A program made the translations under genes and the position numbers. Below are positions 23,095 through 34,216 of a stretch of 64,000 bases of DNA, piece by piece. Below the pieces are notes generated by a model that worked only from the letters and a program-made list of their open reading frames with translations, was not told the DNA's origin and did not search any database. The DNA is from Naegleria gruberi (lineage: Eukaryota), in the NCBI GenBank assembly GCA_000004985.1, contig GG738875.1, one strand, 5' to 3'. Each line of letters opens with the position of its first letter. Position 1 is the first letter of the stretch.

Positions 23095-26000
23095 ATGATA
23101 TCGACACCACAAAAACGTTCCTCTCGAAGAAACATCTCTTCGGGGCCAACATCACTTTCTGGTGGATCGTCATCTCACGCAACAAATAGATCAAGCCATC
23201 AAAAGTTACTTCAATTTATTGAACACATTAAATTCGAGACTAACAAGGATAAATTAAATCACTACCTACAACAAATTGATGATATTTTGATCAGCACAAC
23301 AGAAAGGTATGTTAATAGTAAAATTTGCTGGAAATTGGAAATTATTGTGTAGTGATAATGACTTGGTAAACGAATATTTGCCTAAAATTCTTCAGATTCA
23401 ACATCCTGTGCACCCTCAAGATTTTAAACTTTTCCTTTCTCTCTTGATTGAAAAAGTTATGAACAAGGTTCAAAATGTTTCTGTTGAAAATACAAAGAGT
23501 TGTGCTGAAACATTGTCTTTAATTCTGATTTCTACTGATAGTACAAACTTGATGAAGCGTATTATTACAACAAGTATTTCAATTGTTAGGAAATCTATTG
23601 AATTAATTACTCTGGATCCAAACAACAAGCATAATAGTATTTTATTCAGTCACATGTCACTTTTGATTAAGAGAATTTTGAGTTATATTGATAAGGATAA
23701 TGAAGGTATTCAAACTCATGCTGTACATTTTATTGAAAATTTAATTTTAATGTACAGTAGTATTAATAAGTCAAATATGGAAATCAATGAAGAAAACCTT
23801 TCGAACCTCTTATCTTACCTTCAACTTTCTGGTAACACCTACAAGGTTCAATATATAGATCCTTACCCAATTGACTTGAGCTTTGTTTCAAGTTATGCAG
23901 AGAATGGTAAAGTTGGATGTTTCAATGTTGAAAATATGAGAGATGAAGGAGCAAGATATTTGGAAAAATTGATTGAAAAATTTAAAAAGGAGGATTGTCC
24001 ATCATCTGTAATTTCAGTCATCATCCAAGCTTTACTGAATATTGCAAAACAAAGACATGGATTTTGGAACACAATTATTCCTTTCCTTTCTAATCAGGCT
24101 TACTATTATTTGGGAAAAGGTAGAACTAACAACACACAAAAACAAACTTTGAAGACTTTATTGAAAACAGCTATTTTGTTTTTATTGAAAATGCCAGAAA
24201 CTAGACACAAATGGAGACCAACTATTCTTCATGGATTGGGTGAGCTTGATGTAAGCAATACTTCGATCGGAATGATTACTAAATTTGTGGATAAACATAC
24301 TACAGTTTTAAAAAGAAAGGAACCACCTGCAGAGGAAAAAGAAGCCAAGGTTAGGAAGAATGATATCTCTCAAGCTTCTCAAAATCAAACTGGAGCTCAA
24401 CCTACTCAAGATTTGGAGCCTACATCAGTTTTATATATCAGCTATGTTCCAAATGCTATGACTAACGTTGAGCTGGCAAATACAGTTCTTGGAAATCTTT
24501 CTCGAATTGAATCAAAATCTAATAGACCACCTAAGAATCTTGAGAATAGTAATCAATTGGTTGGTGTCGTTATGTCTGCCCTCTCTAGTCACTATAAGAA
24601 AGGTAATACATATTCTTCAGAAGAACAGCAACAATATATGAGTTCCGTACAATTATACTTATCAGAACCTATTCCATCATTCAACTCTAGTCTTGTCACA
24701 GTATCTGTACTCCAACAACAAGCAAATCCTTATCAAGCTAGACAAGTTGCTACAACACCTTACGGAAGAAGTCCATATAGCAGAGCTGCTCCAGTCCAAT
24801 CACAAAAAGCTGACCCAAGACTTACCCAAAAAGATCCAAGAACAGCATATGTTCCTGATAAGAGTAATGCTTTCAGTTCTAATCAATCTAAAGCCTCTGG
24901 AGATGATTCTGATGAGGAAGAGGTTGTCACATACAAACAACAAACAACTGTCAAACAAGAAAAGGTTGCTGAGCCAGTTGAAGAAGATGTTAAGGAGGAT
25001 TTATCAAAACAATTCAAACTTAAATTATCTATTGTTGATGATAACTGCAAACAACAACTCAAAAAATTCAATTGGAACAAGATGTTAATGAATGAAAAGG
25101 GGATGAAAAGAGAAGGAAAAGATCACTATAGAATTAAGCTCATTTGTCTTATGGCTGTAAGAAGTGCCGAAACAGACGAGCAATATCAACAACTCTACAA
25201 TTTCATTAAAGAGGATGTTAAGGGCCGATTCTCACTACTCATGATGTGGTTGTATATGGAGTATAAACACTCCATTGAACAAGAATATAATGTCAAAAAA
25301 GAAGAAAGTTCCGAAAATAGATATACAAGACTTTTCCACAAGTTTTTACTCAGTTTCGATAAGAGTGAAAGTATTCTTGCCAGATTTTTGGTTCAATCTC
25401 CACACATTACGCAATATACATTGGATTATATTTGTAAAGATCTTTGTGAAAGCGATAATTACATAGGACATGGACTAACAGCTCTAAGAGATATAGTTAT
25501 TTACAGACAAAATTTAAGAGAAAGGTGTTTGAATATGTTACTAAATTATGGTATTCACCAAAACTCTAAGATTCGTACACCTGCAATCCAGATTTTGCGT
25601 GATAAAACTCTGTATACTTTATTTGAGAAAGAAATTACCGACTTTGCATATTCAAGTATTATGGACATGAAACCTCTAATTGAGCAATCAACTTCAACTG
25701 ACGAAATGGTAGATGAACAAGAATCAAGCACTGATGCTAATAATGAAATTATTAAGAGGTACAGCTCCCTTTATTTGGCTCTTAGCTCGTCGTATTGTGA
25801 AGCAACATTTGAGAAACTCCTTAATGATGTTTATGCTAACTACAAGAGTTCAGAAAATATGGAGCCAGTTGTAGCAGTCTTGGAGAAAGACATTTTAAGT
25901 ACTGTGAAATCGAGCTTGAACAGAGCAACTGTGATACAGTATTTGAAAAATTTCAAGGAGGCCGAGTGTCTCGATATTAGTATTAAGATTATGCAACAAT

Positions 26001-26782
26001 TATCACTTCAACCACAAGGTATTGATGAAAATCTCTCCAAGGTGCTCATTTACACATTTTTCGAAAGAAACATCAAAGATCCAAGAATGGTTTTACCTAT
26101 TTTGTCTCAATTAACCAAAGAACAAGCCAAGGAAGCCCTTCCAATCGTTTTCAAATCTGTTACTGATGTTGAATTACTAAAAAAGAATATTATCAGTATG
26201 GTGACAGCCAATTCAAAGGCCGAGAAGAGTGACAAGCTTTCAGGAGATGAAATTCTTGTAATTTTACATCAAATAGAGGCCAATAGTGAAGTACAATCTG
26301 TGGCATTTAATAATACAAGAAATGTACTTGATGCATGTCTTATTGGAGATGGAAAGCAACTATTCACTTCACAAATGTTGAAAACAGCTCTCCAACAAAT
26401 TGTTGATATTGTACCAGTACCAAAGTTAGTTATAAGAACAGCTATTCAATCTTTGAACTTGCATAACGGTTTAGCTCAATTCCTTCTCAAATTTTCTTTC
26501 CCATCTCTTATCAAAAAGAGAGCCTACGAAAGCAAGACAATATTGTTTGGTTTAGCAAAGTGTCTCTCTGATAAGCTAACCTTATTCCAACCACCAAAAG
26601 TAGTAGAGTTCCTTTTAGACTTGGGAGAATTGAGTGAAACTGCCTTGTTGGAAGTATTAGAACAGCAAAACCTTAGAGATTTATTTAAGGAAACTATTCA
26701 AATTCAGCAGCATCCAAGAGCTTCACACTATAATTCTCTTTTAGCCAACCAACAAACAACAAGTGGTGCTGAACAAAAGTAA
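23095..26782 (+). CDS. Symplekin (mRNA 3'-end processing scaffold); join(23095..23306,23353..26782)
   Basis: Exon 1 encodes MISTPQKRSS...ISTTE plus AG, ending at a GTATGT donor. A 46-nt intron and a GTGTAG acceptor continue the frame. Conserved symplekin blocks are present: DVKGRFSLLMMWLYMEY (human DVRARLDLAFAWLYQEY), HYRIKLICLMAV (human VRIKILASLV) and YIGHGLTALRDIVIYRQ (human YLGMSTLRDLIFKRP). N-terminal HEAT-like region. Confidence 0.75.
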
Positions 26783-26801
26783 ATAATAATTTATGTTTTT
26801 T

Positions 26802-27445
26802 TTACTGATTTGAAGATGACATTTTGGTGTAAATATGTTTCATAACTGTAGAAATAAAGTGTTTTTGTCTATATATACAATCTTTTAAGCAATCTGCTTC
26901 CTTAGGTGCTAAATGTTCTGTGGTTTTTTCCATAGTTTTAAATCTATCGTATTCATCCAATGGATTCAGATAATACTGACTAACACATCTCTCATAACAT
27001 AACCCTGTCAAATAAGCTTGTTCCAAATATTTATCCTTTTCAATATTAGCCTTATGTTTCAAGTCATCCATGTGTTGATTGAAAAATAATTGTTGTTGCA
27101 TCATGAATTGCTCTGGATTCATATACATAAAATTAGGATCATAATAATTGTTATAAGACATTCCGAAATTATTAAAATTATTATTCATTGAATCTTGAGG
27201 AAAATTAAAACCAGACATATCCGTTGTTGTCCAAAATTATCGTTTGTCATCATATTATTTTGCACATCTTGTTGTTGGAATGAATTATTAATATTATTAT
27301 TATTATTATTGCTGGTAGTAGGACTTGTTGTGAAAGGTAAGAATGGTGATTCCGCATAAAACTTTCCTACAAATCCTTTAGTTGTCGGAGAAATAGCTGG
27401 TGGATTTTGATTGAGAATGTTTGTGTCGACGTTTACTTCGTCCAT
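26802..27445 (-). CDS. Small N/Q-rich protein with twin Cx3C motifs (small-Tim-like?); the frame is broken by an apparent 1-nt indel near 27215-27240
   Basis: ATG at 27445 (aaaaaaATGgac). The upstream frame reads MDEVNVDTNILNQNPPAISPTTKGFVGKFYAESPFLPF...NDNFGQQ and runs into a stop at 27185. The downstream frame, shifted by one nucleotide, reads ...SGFNFPQDSMNNNFNNF...GLCYERCVSQYYLNP...EADCLKDCIYRQ.... Both frames have the same composition and overlap over 34 nt. Two C-x3-C motifs are spaced 31 residues apart. Confidence 0.45.
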
Positions 27446-27555
27446 TTTTTTATTGTTGTTTTCAATCAAATTGTGTATTAATTTAATAAATAATAATTTA
27501 TTATCTTTTCTAAATCAGAATATTGTTAAATAAATAATTTTGTTGATTCTTTTAT

Positions 27556-28782
27556 TTACAGTTCAAATTTCTTCAAAACAGTTGACTGAGAAATTGCATT
27601 ATATGACATTTGAGCTCCCTTAAATTGAACAGTGACAGAAGCAATGAAATTAGCCAACTTGATGGATTCTTCCACTGGAATATCACAAGAAACGAAATAA
27701 GCAAAACTTCCAACCCAAGCATCACCTGCACCAGTTGAATCCATTACATCTACAATTTCACCCTCCACATACTTATAGATTGTTTCTCCATTTTCAGTGT
27801 ACAAAGCAGCGCAACCTCTCTTGCCTAAAGTTATTATGACATTTGAGACTGATAATTTTTCTTTGATTTCTCTACATAAGCTTTCAACTGAGCTTTGATC
27901 CTCAACATAGGAGTCAGCCAATTCCTTTCCAATAATTAAAGGTGCTTCTGTTTCATTTGGAATAATATAATCCACATATTTTGGAAGATCAGCAAGTTCA
28001 GGAGGTAAAGTTAAGAGATTGACAGCAGGAGCTGGATTAAAAATGGTAATCAATCCTTCTTCCTTTCCTCTCTTAAGAGCATGATATGTAGCATTGAGAG
28101 GTGTTTCATTTTGACATACAAGTACTTTACATTGTTTGATATCATCCCATGAGTCATCAACCATTTGTGGAGTAAGATGTTCGTTTGATCCTCCTACAAG
28201 AACAATTGAATTATTTCCTGTTGCTTTTTCAACAAAAATCAAAGCTTGTCCACTCACAGAATCAACAATTCTTACATTTTTGTCCACATTATATAAATTA
28301 TTAGTTCTAAAGTTTTCTTTGCCTTGTTGGCCAAAAGCATCATTACCAACAACAGTAACAAAAACTACTTTAGCCTCCTTGCTCGATAATTTAGAAATAC
28401 AGACTGCTTGATTAGCTCCTTTTCCACCAAATTGTTGGTCAAAACTATCAGCAAAAAGTGTTTCACCGACTTTAGGAATTCTTTTTACTCCCTATTAGTT
28501 TTATCATGATCAAAATTAATTTTGTTTATACATCAATATTATCAATAAATATTATTATCAATAATGACATTGTTGTTGTAGTAGTAAATATCTTTCCATC
28601 ATCACGGATTTGTAAATACTTACATAAGTAAGATCAACGTTGGAACTACCAACAATAGCGACACCTGAATATATATTTTAAATATTATTCTGTATAGTCT
28701 CATCAAACATACCTTGTTCTTGTGTAAACCCATCAAAGGCAGACTCACCAATATTGGCACCAGAAGGAGAGGAAGCGATCAT
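27556..28782 (-). CDS. Ribokinase (PfkB family); join(28713..28782,28624..28664,27556..28491)
   Basis: Exon 1 encodes MIASSPSGANIGESAFDGFTQEQ plus G, ending at a GTATGT donor; a 46-nt intron follows. Exon 2 encodes GVAIVGSSNVDLTY, ending at GTAAGT; a 132-nt intron follows. Exon 3 begins GVKRIPKVGETLFADSFDQQFGGKGANQAV...VLVCQNETPLNATYHALKRGKEEGLITIFNPAPA... and ends with GAGDAWVGSFAYF. These match the ribokinase N-terminal, substrate and anion-hole motifs. Confidence 0.8.
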
Positions 28783-29134
28783 TTTTTTTAGAGTTGGAGC
28801 TTTTTTAAAACCCGATTAGACTTGCTCGGCCACGGTGACTATTGAATTTGAAACTTGATTATTTCAGTGTTATTGTTGTTGTATGATGACGATAAAGGAG
28901 GAGAGTAATCTTTAAACTCTTCAAAATTCATTTCGTACTTTATAATGTTGAAGTGCTATTATTATTCAAAAGGTGTCAAGCCAAGTGTGTACAAGAACAA
29001 AATGGAGCAGTTACATTCTAGTAATTTCATAGAGCCCATTATTGTACATTGATTTGGCGCCAATAAAGTTCAAACTGTAGACTGGACAAAGTGAGGCGGT
29101 TTGAGGTTTTTTTAAAAAAACATAGCGCCAAAAA

Positions 29135-30886
29135 ATGTCTGAAGAAGAACATAACGAATCAGGTGAAGGTTTTGAATCATTCAACTATGAAGAAGATGAA
29201 GAACATGAAGAAGAAGAACAACAATCTTCACCAAAACAAGCAACATCACCTTCTCAAAAATCATCAGCCCCTTCATCACCAGCAAATAGACAGCCATCAT
29301 CTCCATCTATGAGACCAACATCAACAAGGAGTACTAAAATGCTTGCTCAATTCTCTTCAAGGCCTAGTACAAATACACACTTTATGGAAAAGTTTGAACA
29401 TGAAAAATCCGACTATTCTAACGACAATGTCCCTGTTGATGATAGAGTTAGAATTCTTGTAAATACAGATAAAAACAACGAAGTTGAAGGTGAAACAAAT
29501 AATGCGGATGAATCATTTGAATCATTTGGTGACGAATTTGAAAATAAGGAAGAAGAAATTGAACCTACAGAGGAATATAAGAATGATCTCGGTATTAAAC
29601 CGTCTGACTCCCATGAAGTTCAAGAATTGAAAAAAGCTCTCAATTCAGATAAACAATTAATTGCTAAGCTTAAAAAGAATAACCAAGGTCTGAAGGAGCA
29701 ACTTGTACAACTCAATCAAATAGTGGAGGAACAACTTGAACAAAACGGAGTTAAAATTCAAAAGCCAAAACCAACAGTCAAAACAGTTCTTGTAGGAAAT
29801 GATCAAGAGCTTAAACTTTTAAGAAAACAACATGAAATTGATAAGAAAACAATTGAAAAATTACAAAAGCAACTCTTTAGTGAAGGAAATCCAGAAAGAA
29901 TCAAACTTTTAGTTAATAAGATGAGTGAATTAACTAAACAACTAGAAGATCTTGAAAAGGAAAATAAGAGCTTGAAGATTATCCAAAGAGAGCAAAGCAA
30001 AGCTCTGGAAACATCTGCTGGTGTTCAAGACAAGACAATTGATGTTATGAAGAACGAATCAAGGTTCCAAAGCGGTAAAATTGAACAGCTGAAAGACAAG
30101 ATTAAAGAGCTCGAAGAAGTAGTTAACCAAAAGAATAAGATGCTAGGTGTTCATGAGCAAAAAGCAAAGAATTTAGAAACAATTTTGAAGAGAAAGAACT
30201 TGACAGAAGATGGTGTCACAAAAATTGATGAATTGACAAAGCAAATTGAAGAATTATCTAAAGAAAATGACAAATTGAAAAAGGATACTATTGTTATGAA
30301 CAAATCGAAAGAAGTGTTGGAAAAGAAAGCAAAAATGATTAGTTACCAATCCAAACAAGAAGTTAAGAAATTTTCTCAAGAAAATACAGAACTAAGGATG
30401 ATGTTAGAAAAGAGAGAGAAGGATATAAGAGCTTCGAACATGATTCTCAAACAAAACAACCTTACTCAACACATGATAACCATTAGTCCTTTATCTACTC
30501 CAAATAGTTCTTCAGACCTTTTTGCAACCAACCAAACATCTACAAATCAACCAACAAGTGGTGGTGGCTCTTCTGGTAGTCAAAGAAAGGTAACAGCAAG
30601 TCCAAGTCCAACAGCTCCAAAGACAAAGACTGTAACTAAAACAACAAATGCTGCTGTCACTGAACACAAGAAAATAGCCAAGAAGAATAATATTCAAACT
30701 TTGGGAGAAAAGAAGAAGAGTATAACAAGCACAGCTCAAGAAATTCTGAATACTGTTGAAGAAGCAGTAGATGATGAATTTTTCGGTGATGATTTTGCAG
30801 GAGACGACTTTGATGACAGCGAAGAACCACCAAAGCAATCATCTAACAATAACGAAGAATCATCAATATTTGCTCCAAGTTTTTAA
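29135..30886 (+). CDS. Hypothetical coiled-coil protein with acidic N- and C-termini (583 aa), single exon
   Basis: ATG at 29135. A long heptad-rich central region (KALNSDKQLIAKLKKNNQGLKEQLVQLNQIVEEQLEQ..., LEDLEKENKSLKIIQ...) between acidic, Ser/Pro-rich ends. No specific family recognised. Confidence 0.55.
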   Translation: MSEEEHNESGEGFESFNYEEDEEHEEEEQQSSPKQATSPSQKSSAPSSPANRQPSSPSMRPTSTRSTKMLAQFSSRPSTNTHFMEKFEHEKSDYSNDNVPVDDRVRILVNTDKNNEVEGETNNADESFESFGDEFENKEEEIEPTEEYKNDLGIKPSDSHEVQELKKALNSDKQLIAKLKKNNQGLKEQLVQLNQIVEEQLEQNGVKIQKPKPTVKTVLVGNDQELKLLRKQHEIDKKTIEKLQKQLFSEGNPERIKLLVNKMSELTKQLEDLEKENKSLKIIQREQSKALETSAGVQDKTIDVMKNESRFQSGKIEQLKDKIKELEEVVNQKNKMLGVHEQKAKNLETILKRKNLTEDGVTKIDELTKQIEELSKENDKLKKDTIVMNKSKEVLEKKAKMISYQSKQEVKKFSQENTELRMMLEKREKDIRASNMILKQNNLTQHMITISPLSTPNSSSDLFATNQTSTNQPTSGGGSSGSQRKVTASPSPTAPKTKTVTKTTNAAVTEHKKIAKKNNIQTLGEKKKSITSTAQEILNTVEEAVDDEFFGDDFAGDDFDDSEEPPKQSSNNNEESSIFAPSF

Positions 30887-30909
30887 ATAAAAATTGGTTT
30901 TGTAATTAT

Positions 30910-31358
30910 CTAAAAACCCAGTTTATTCGGTTTAATTAAAGCTGATTCACAGTTCTTGGGAGATCTTTATAATTGTTATTAATTACATAATCATCAAACA
31001 TTACTACATACCTTCCATAGGAGTTTCACTTTCACCTTCAACTCTTTCGAAAACGGCATCCTTGAAAGCGTTAATCTTTCTCATTTCTACCTTTCTGATC
31101 TTTGGGTCCTTGATAACTCTTCTCAAGAAGTATGAGTTCAATTGGATATACTTCAAGAAAGACAATCCGTTACGATAAGCCTAATTAAATTAAAAAAACA
31201 TCCGAATAATAATAATTAATATTGATGATGAATTTAAAAAATAATTATTCAACAGCGAGTATTGTTCATGATGACAAATTTTGTAGTGATGAAGACAAGA
31301 TACGGAAAATGTTTTAGAGGCCTGCAGGAGAGAAAAAATGACTTACTTGTTCAGACAT
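30910..31358 (-). CDS. Mitochondrial F1-ATP synthase epsilon subunit (ATP5E/ATP15-like), 70 aa; join(31347..31358,31012..31180,30910..30941)
   Basis: Exon 1 is only 12 nt (ATG TCT GAA CAA) before a GTAAGT donor, then a 166-nt intron. Exon 2 encodes AYRNGLSFLKYIQLNSYFLRRVIKDPKIRKVEMRKINAFKDAVFERVEGESETPME, to be compared with human ATP5E [34 protein letters not shown] donor and a 70-nt intron lead to a short exon 3, ALIKPNKLGF*. Codon use is strongly of the highly-expressed type. Confidence 0.55.
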
Positions 31359-31718
31359 CGTTTGATATTTTTTTTAGAGAGGGAGATGTTTACAATAACT
31401 TTAATACTGGCGACCATTGCTGGTCATTTTTACTATTCCACTCAAAATTGAGTTTAATTGAGTTTTTAATATTTAAAACCTTAGTTTCTTCCTCATTCAC
31501 ATATTCTCTTTGATTTATTCTTCTTAGACAATCAAAAGAACTTGGAAAAAACGCATGGTCTTCACTTTCGCTTTGAAGTGAATGTTTGTTGTAAAACAAA
31601 AAAGCGCAGGAGCATTTTGTCCCTTTTTAGATCGCAATAAACACCAGAAAAAATTAGAGTCATCTATGGACTCTTGTTAACTTGTAAAATTATCTAACTA
31701 CTTGATATTAAAATCGGA

Positions 31719-34169
31719 ATGCCAAAGAAGAAAAGAGTACAATCTAAAAATTCTCCATCGTCGTCTGATGATAGTTCTGGAGATTCTGATGAAGAAAGAC
31801 CAACTATTAAAAATAAGGCTAAAAGGAAGAAGGTGGCCTCTTTTGTTGACTTTACTACAACTGATGAGTTTTTGAATGGACTAAGTGATGCTGTTTATTT
31901 TAGCAGATTACCATATGAAAAACTAAGTGTGGAAGAAATTAAAGATTTAGACATTTCATACGCCTTAGAATGTAATGAAGAATATTTAGCTGTCAGAAAT
32001 ACCATATTATTTATGTGGAGGAAAAATATTACAGAATGGATTGATTGCGATAAATTACTTGAAATTATACCAAGGCTAAAATTCTTCAAAAATATCAAAT
32101 CAGACTCTGCTCAATTTGCAAAGATAATTATTAACACTTATCAATTTCTCAATAGACATGGATATATTAATTATGGATTTTTATCAAAATCAAAATATCC
32201 AAATGGTATTACTACTAACCTAAAAATCAACCATTATAAAATGTTGGATAAATTACCAGTGAATAATCAAAAAGATAGAAAGCATATAGTGGTAATAGGA
32301 GCTGGATTTTCAGGAATTTTTGCAGCTAAACAATTAATTTCATTTGGATACAGAGTTACATTAATAGAGGCTAGAAACAGACCAGGTGGGAGAGTGTTAA
32401 CAGATTTTTCATGGACAGATGATTCTCCAGTTGATATCGGAGCATCAATTGTTACATGTAGTGCCGCTTCTCCTGTAGTTGGTGTAGCAGAACAAACTCA
32501 AATCAAATTGAAAAATATTGGTAAAGAAGATCAACTTTTTCAATCTAATGGACAAATACTACCTAAAGATTTGGATGATAAATATCAAAGAGCATTTAAT
32601 GATATTTTGGATAAAGTATGTTCCCTTAAACAACCAGGCTTTGAAAATGAAAGAGAGGAATATAGAAGAGATGTTCATAAGGGATTTATTGACAGCCATC
32701 CAAAGGATATGACAGATGAATCACGAATTGGCAAAACAGACATGTCACTCGGATACGCAATGGATAAAATGACTGAAAAAATTGTAAATGAAGCACCTGA
32801 AAGTGAAAGAAAAACTATGCAGGAGGTTCTTCAATGGCATACAGCCAACTTGGATTATGGAGTTGGTCACGATATAGAATCTGCTTCATTATATTTTTGG
32901 GATCAGGATGATATTTATGAACTTGGTGGAGAACATTTGTTTGTCAAGAAAGGATTTTCCTCAATGATAGATGCACTTTGCAATGATGCTCAGGAATTGG
33001 ACAAATATATAGAATATAACCAAATGGTAGTTGGTGTTGATTACTCAAATCCAGATATTGTAAGAGTCAAGACCAAGAAAACTCCAGAAACCACAGGAAT
33101 TCATAGGAACCCAATTGGAAAATCAAAGCAGCTAAAAGAAGGCAAACTGGATACTAATGCTGATGATTTTGAATATGACTGTGATGCTGTACTTACGACT
33201 GTTCCTTTAGGAGTTCTTCAGGGTAAAAGTCCACTAAATATTTGCACCTTTAATCCACCACTTCCTGAATGGAAAACTAACTCGATTAACAAATTAGGAT
33301 TTGGCCTTTTGAATAAGATCATCTTGGAATTCGATTATGTTTTTTGGCAACAAGATCACTTTTATTTTGGACTAACGCATGAAGATCCATCAGAAAGAGG
33401 TTTTTGCTATTTATTCTGGAATTTATATCCTTTAACCAAAAAGCCTATACTTTGTGGTTTGGTAACTGGAAAGGCTGCTTATGCAATAGAGGAAAATGAG
33501 AGTAATTTGGAATATATCAAGTCAAAAGTTATGAAATATTTGAGAAAATCCTTCTCATGGAGTACAAACTTACCCGATCCAAAGAAAATTATGAGAACCA
33601 ACTGGTATCATGATCCTTTCAGTACTGGTTCCTATAGCTACGTTAGAATGGGAGCTAAGGGAGAAGAATACGACTTGTTGGCTGAAACTATTGATAATAG
33701 AGTTTATTTTGGAGGAGAGCACACTTGTAGAAAATTCCCAGCAACTGTTATGGGAGCTGTAATTAGTGGACTGAGAGAGGCCGCCAAGATTGACAAATAT
33801 TTTAATGGACTATTGTTTAAAAAACAGAATAAGACCCAAGACCAAGACCAACAGGAGAGTGTTACATCTAGTCTAAAGCCAAAGGGTGATATCTTAATAC
33901 CTTCAAACCCTACTGAAATGTCACAAATAATGAAACCTGTTCCTGCAAATCAGAGAGGATGGAGAAGACATTTGAATGCGTCAATTTTAAAGGACCCAGC
34001 CCAATTCCCTTTTCCAGTTCAAAACGTTGGCTTCAAACCTCCACTTCCTGGTTTTTTTCAATTTCCACTAATTTCTATGGGTTTTAATCCACAAAACCAA
34101 ACTAAGAAACCTCTAAACCTACAACAAAATATCAATGGCCAGCAAACCCCTCAAAAACCAACAGAATAG
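31719..34169 (+). CDS. Lysine-specific histone demethylase 1-like (SWIRM + FAD amine oxidase), single exon
   Basis: ATG at 31719. SWIRM-like block ...NTYQFLNRHGYINYGF (LSD1 LERHGLINFGIY). FAD-binding motif HIVVIGAGFSGIFAAKQL...IEARNRPGGRV. C-terminal amine-oxidase signature YFGGEHTCRKFPATVMGAVISGLREA. Confidence 0.8.
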   Translation: MPKKKRVQSKNSPSSSDDSSGDSDEERPTIKNKAKRKKVASFVDFTTTDEFLNGLSDAVYFSRLPYEKLSVEEIKDLDISYALECNEEYLAVRNTILFMWRKNITEWIDCDKLLEIIPRLKFFKNIKSDSAQFAKIIINTYQFLNRHGYINYGFLSKSKYPNGITTNLKINHYKMLDKLPVNNQKDRKHIVVIGAGFSGIFAAKQLISFGYRVTLIEARNRPGGRVLTDFSWTDDSPVDIGASIVTCSAASPVVGVAEQTQIKLKNIGKEDQLFQSNGQILPKDLDDKYQRAFNDILDKVCSLKQPGFENEREEYRRDVHKGFIDSHPKDMTDESRIGKTDMSLGYAMDKMTEKIVNEAPESERKTMQEVLQWHTANLDYGVGHDIESASLYFWDQDDIYELGGEHLFVKKGFSSMIDALCNDAQELDKYIEYNQMVVGVDYSNPDIVRVKTKKTPETTGIHRNPIGKSKQLKEGKLDTNADDFEYDCDAVLTTVPLGVLQGKSPLNICTFNPPLPEWKTNSINKLGFGLLNKIILEFDYVFWQQDHFYFGLTHEDPSERGFCYLFWNLYPLTKKPILCGLVTGKAAYAIEENESNLEYIKSKVMKYLRKSFSWSTNLPDPKKIMRTNWYHDPFSTGSYSYVRMGAKGEEYDLLAETIDNRVYFGGEHTCRKFPATVMGAVISGLREAAKIDKYFNGLLFKKQNKTQDQDQQESVTSSLKPKGDILIPSNPTEMSQIMKPVPANQRGWRRHLNASILKDPAQFPFPVQNVGFKPPLPGFFQFPLISMGFNPQNQTKKPLNLQQNINGQQTPQKPTE

Positions 34170-34216
34170 AAGGACACTAATTTTAGAATTCAATGACGTA
34201 ACAAATAATTTAAAAA

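Noticed and set aside
22637-23194. 185-aa minus-strand ORF as a single-exon gene
   Set aside because: It starts at a non-ATG codon and reads through a 123-nt GTATGT...TTTAATAG intron. The real product is a 77-aa two-exon protein starting at ATG 22993.
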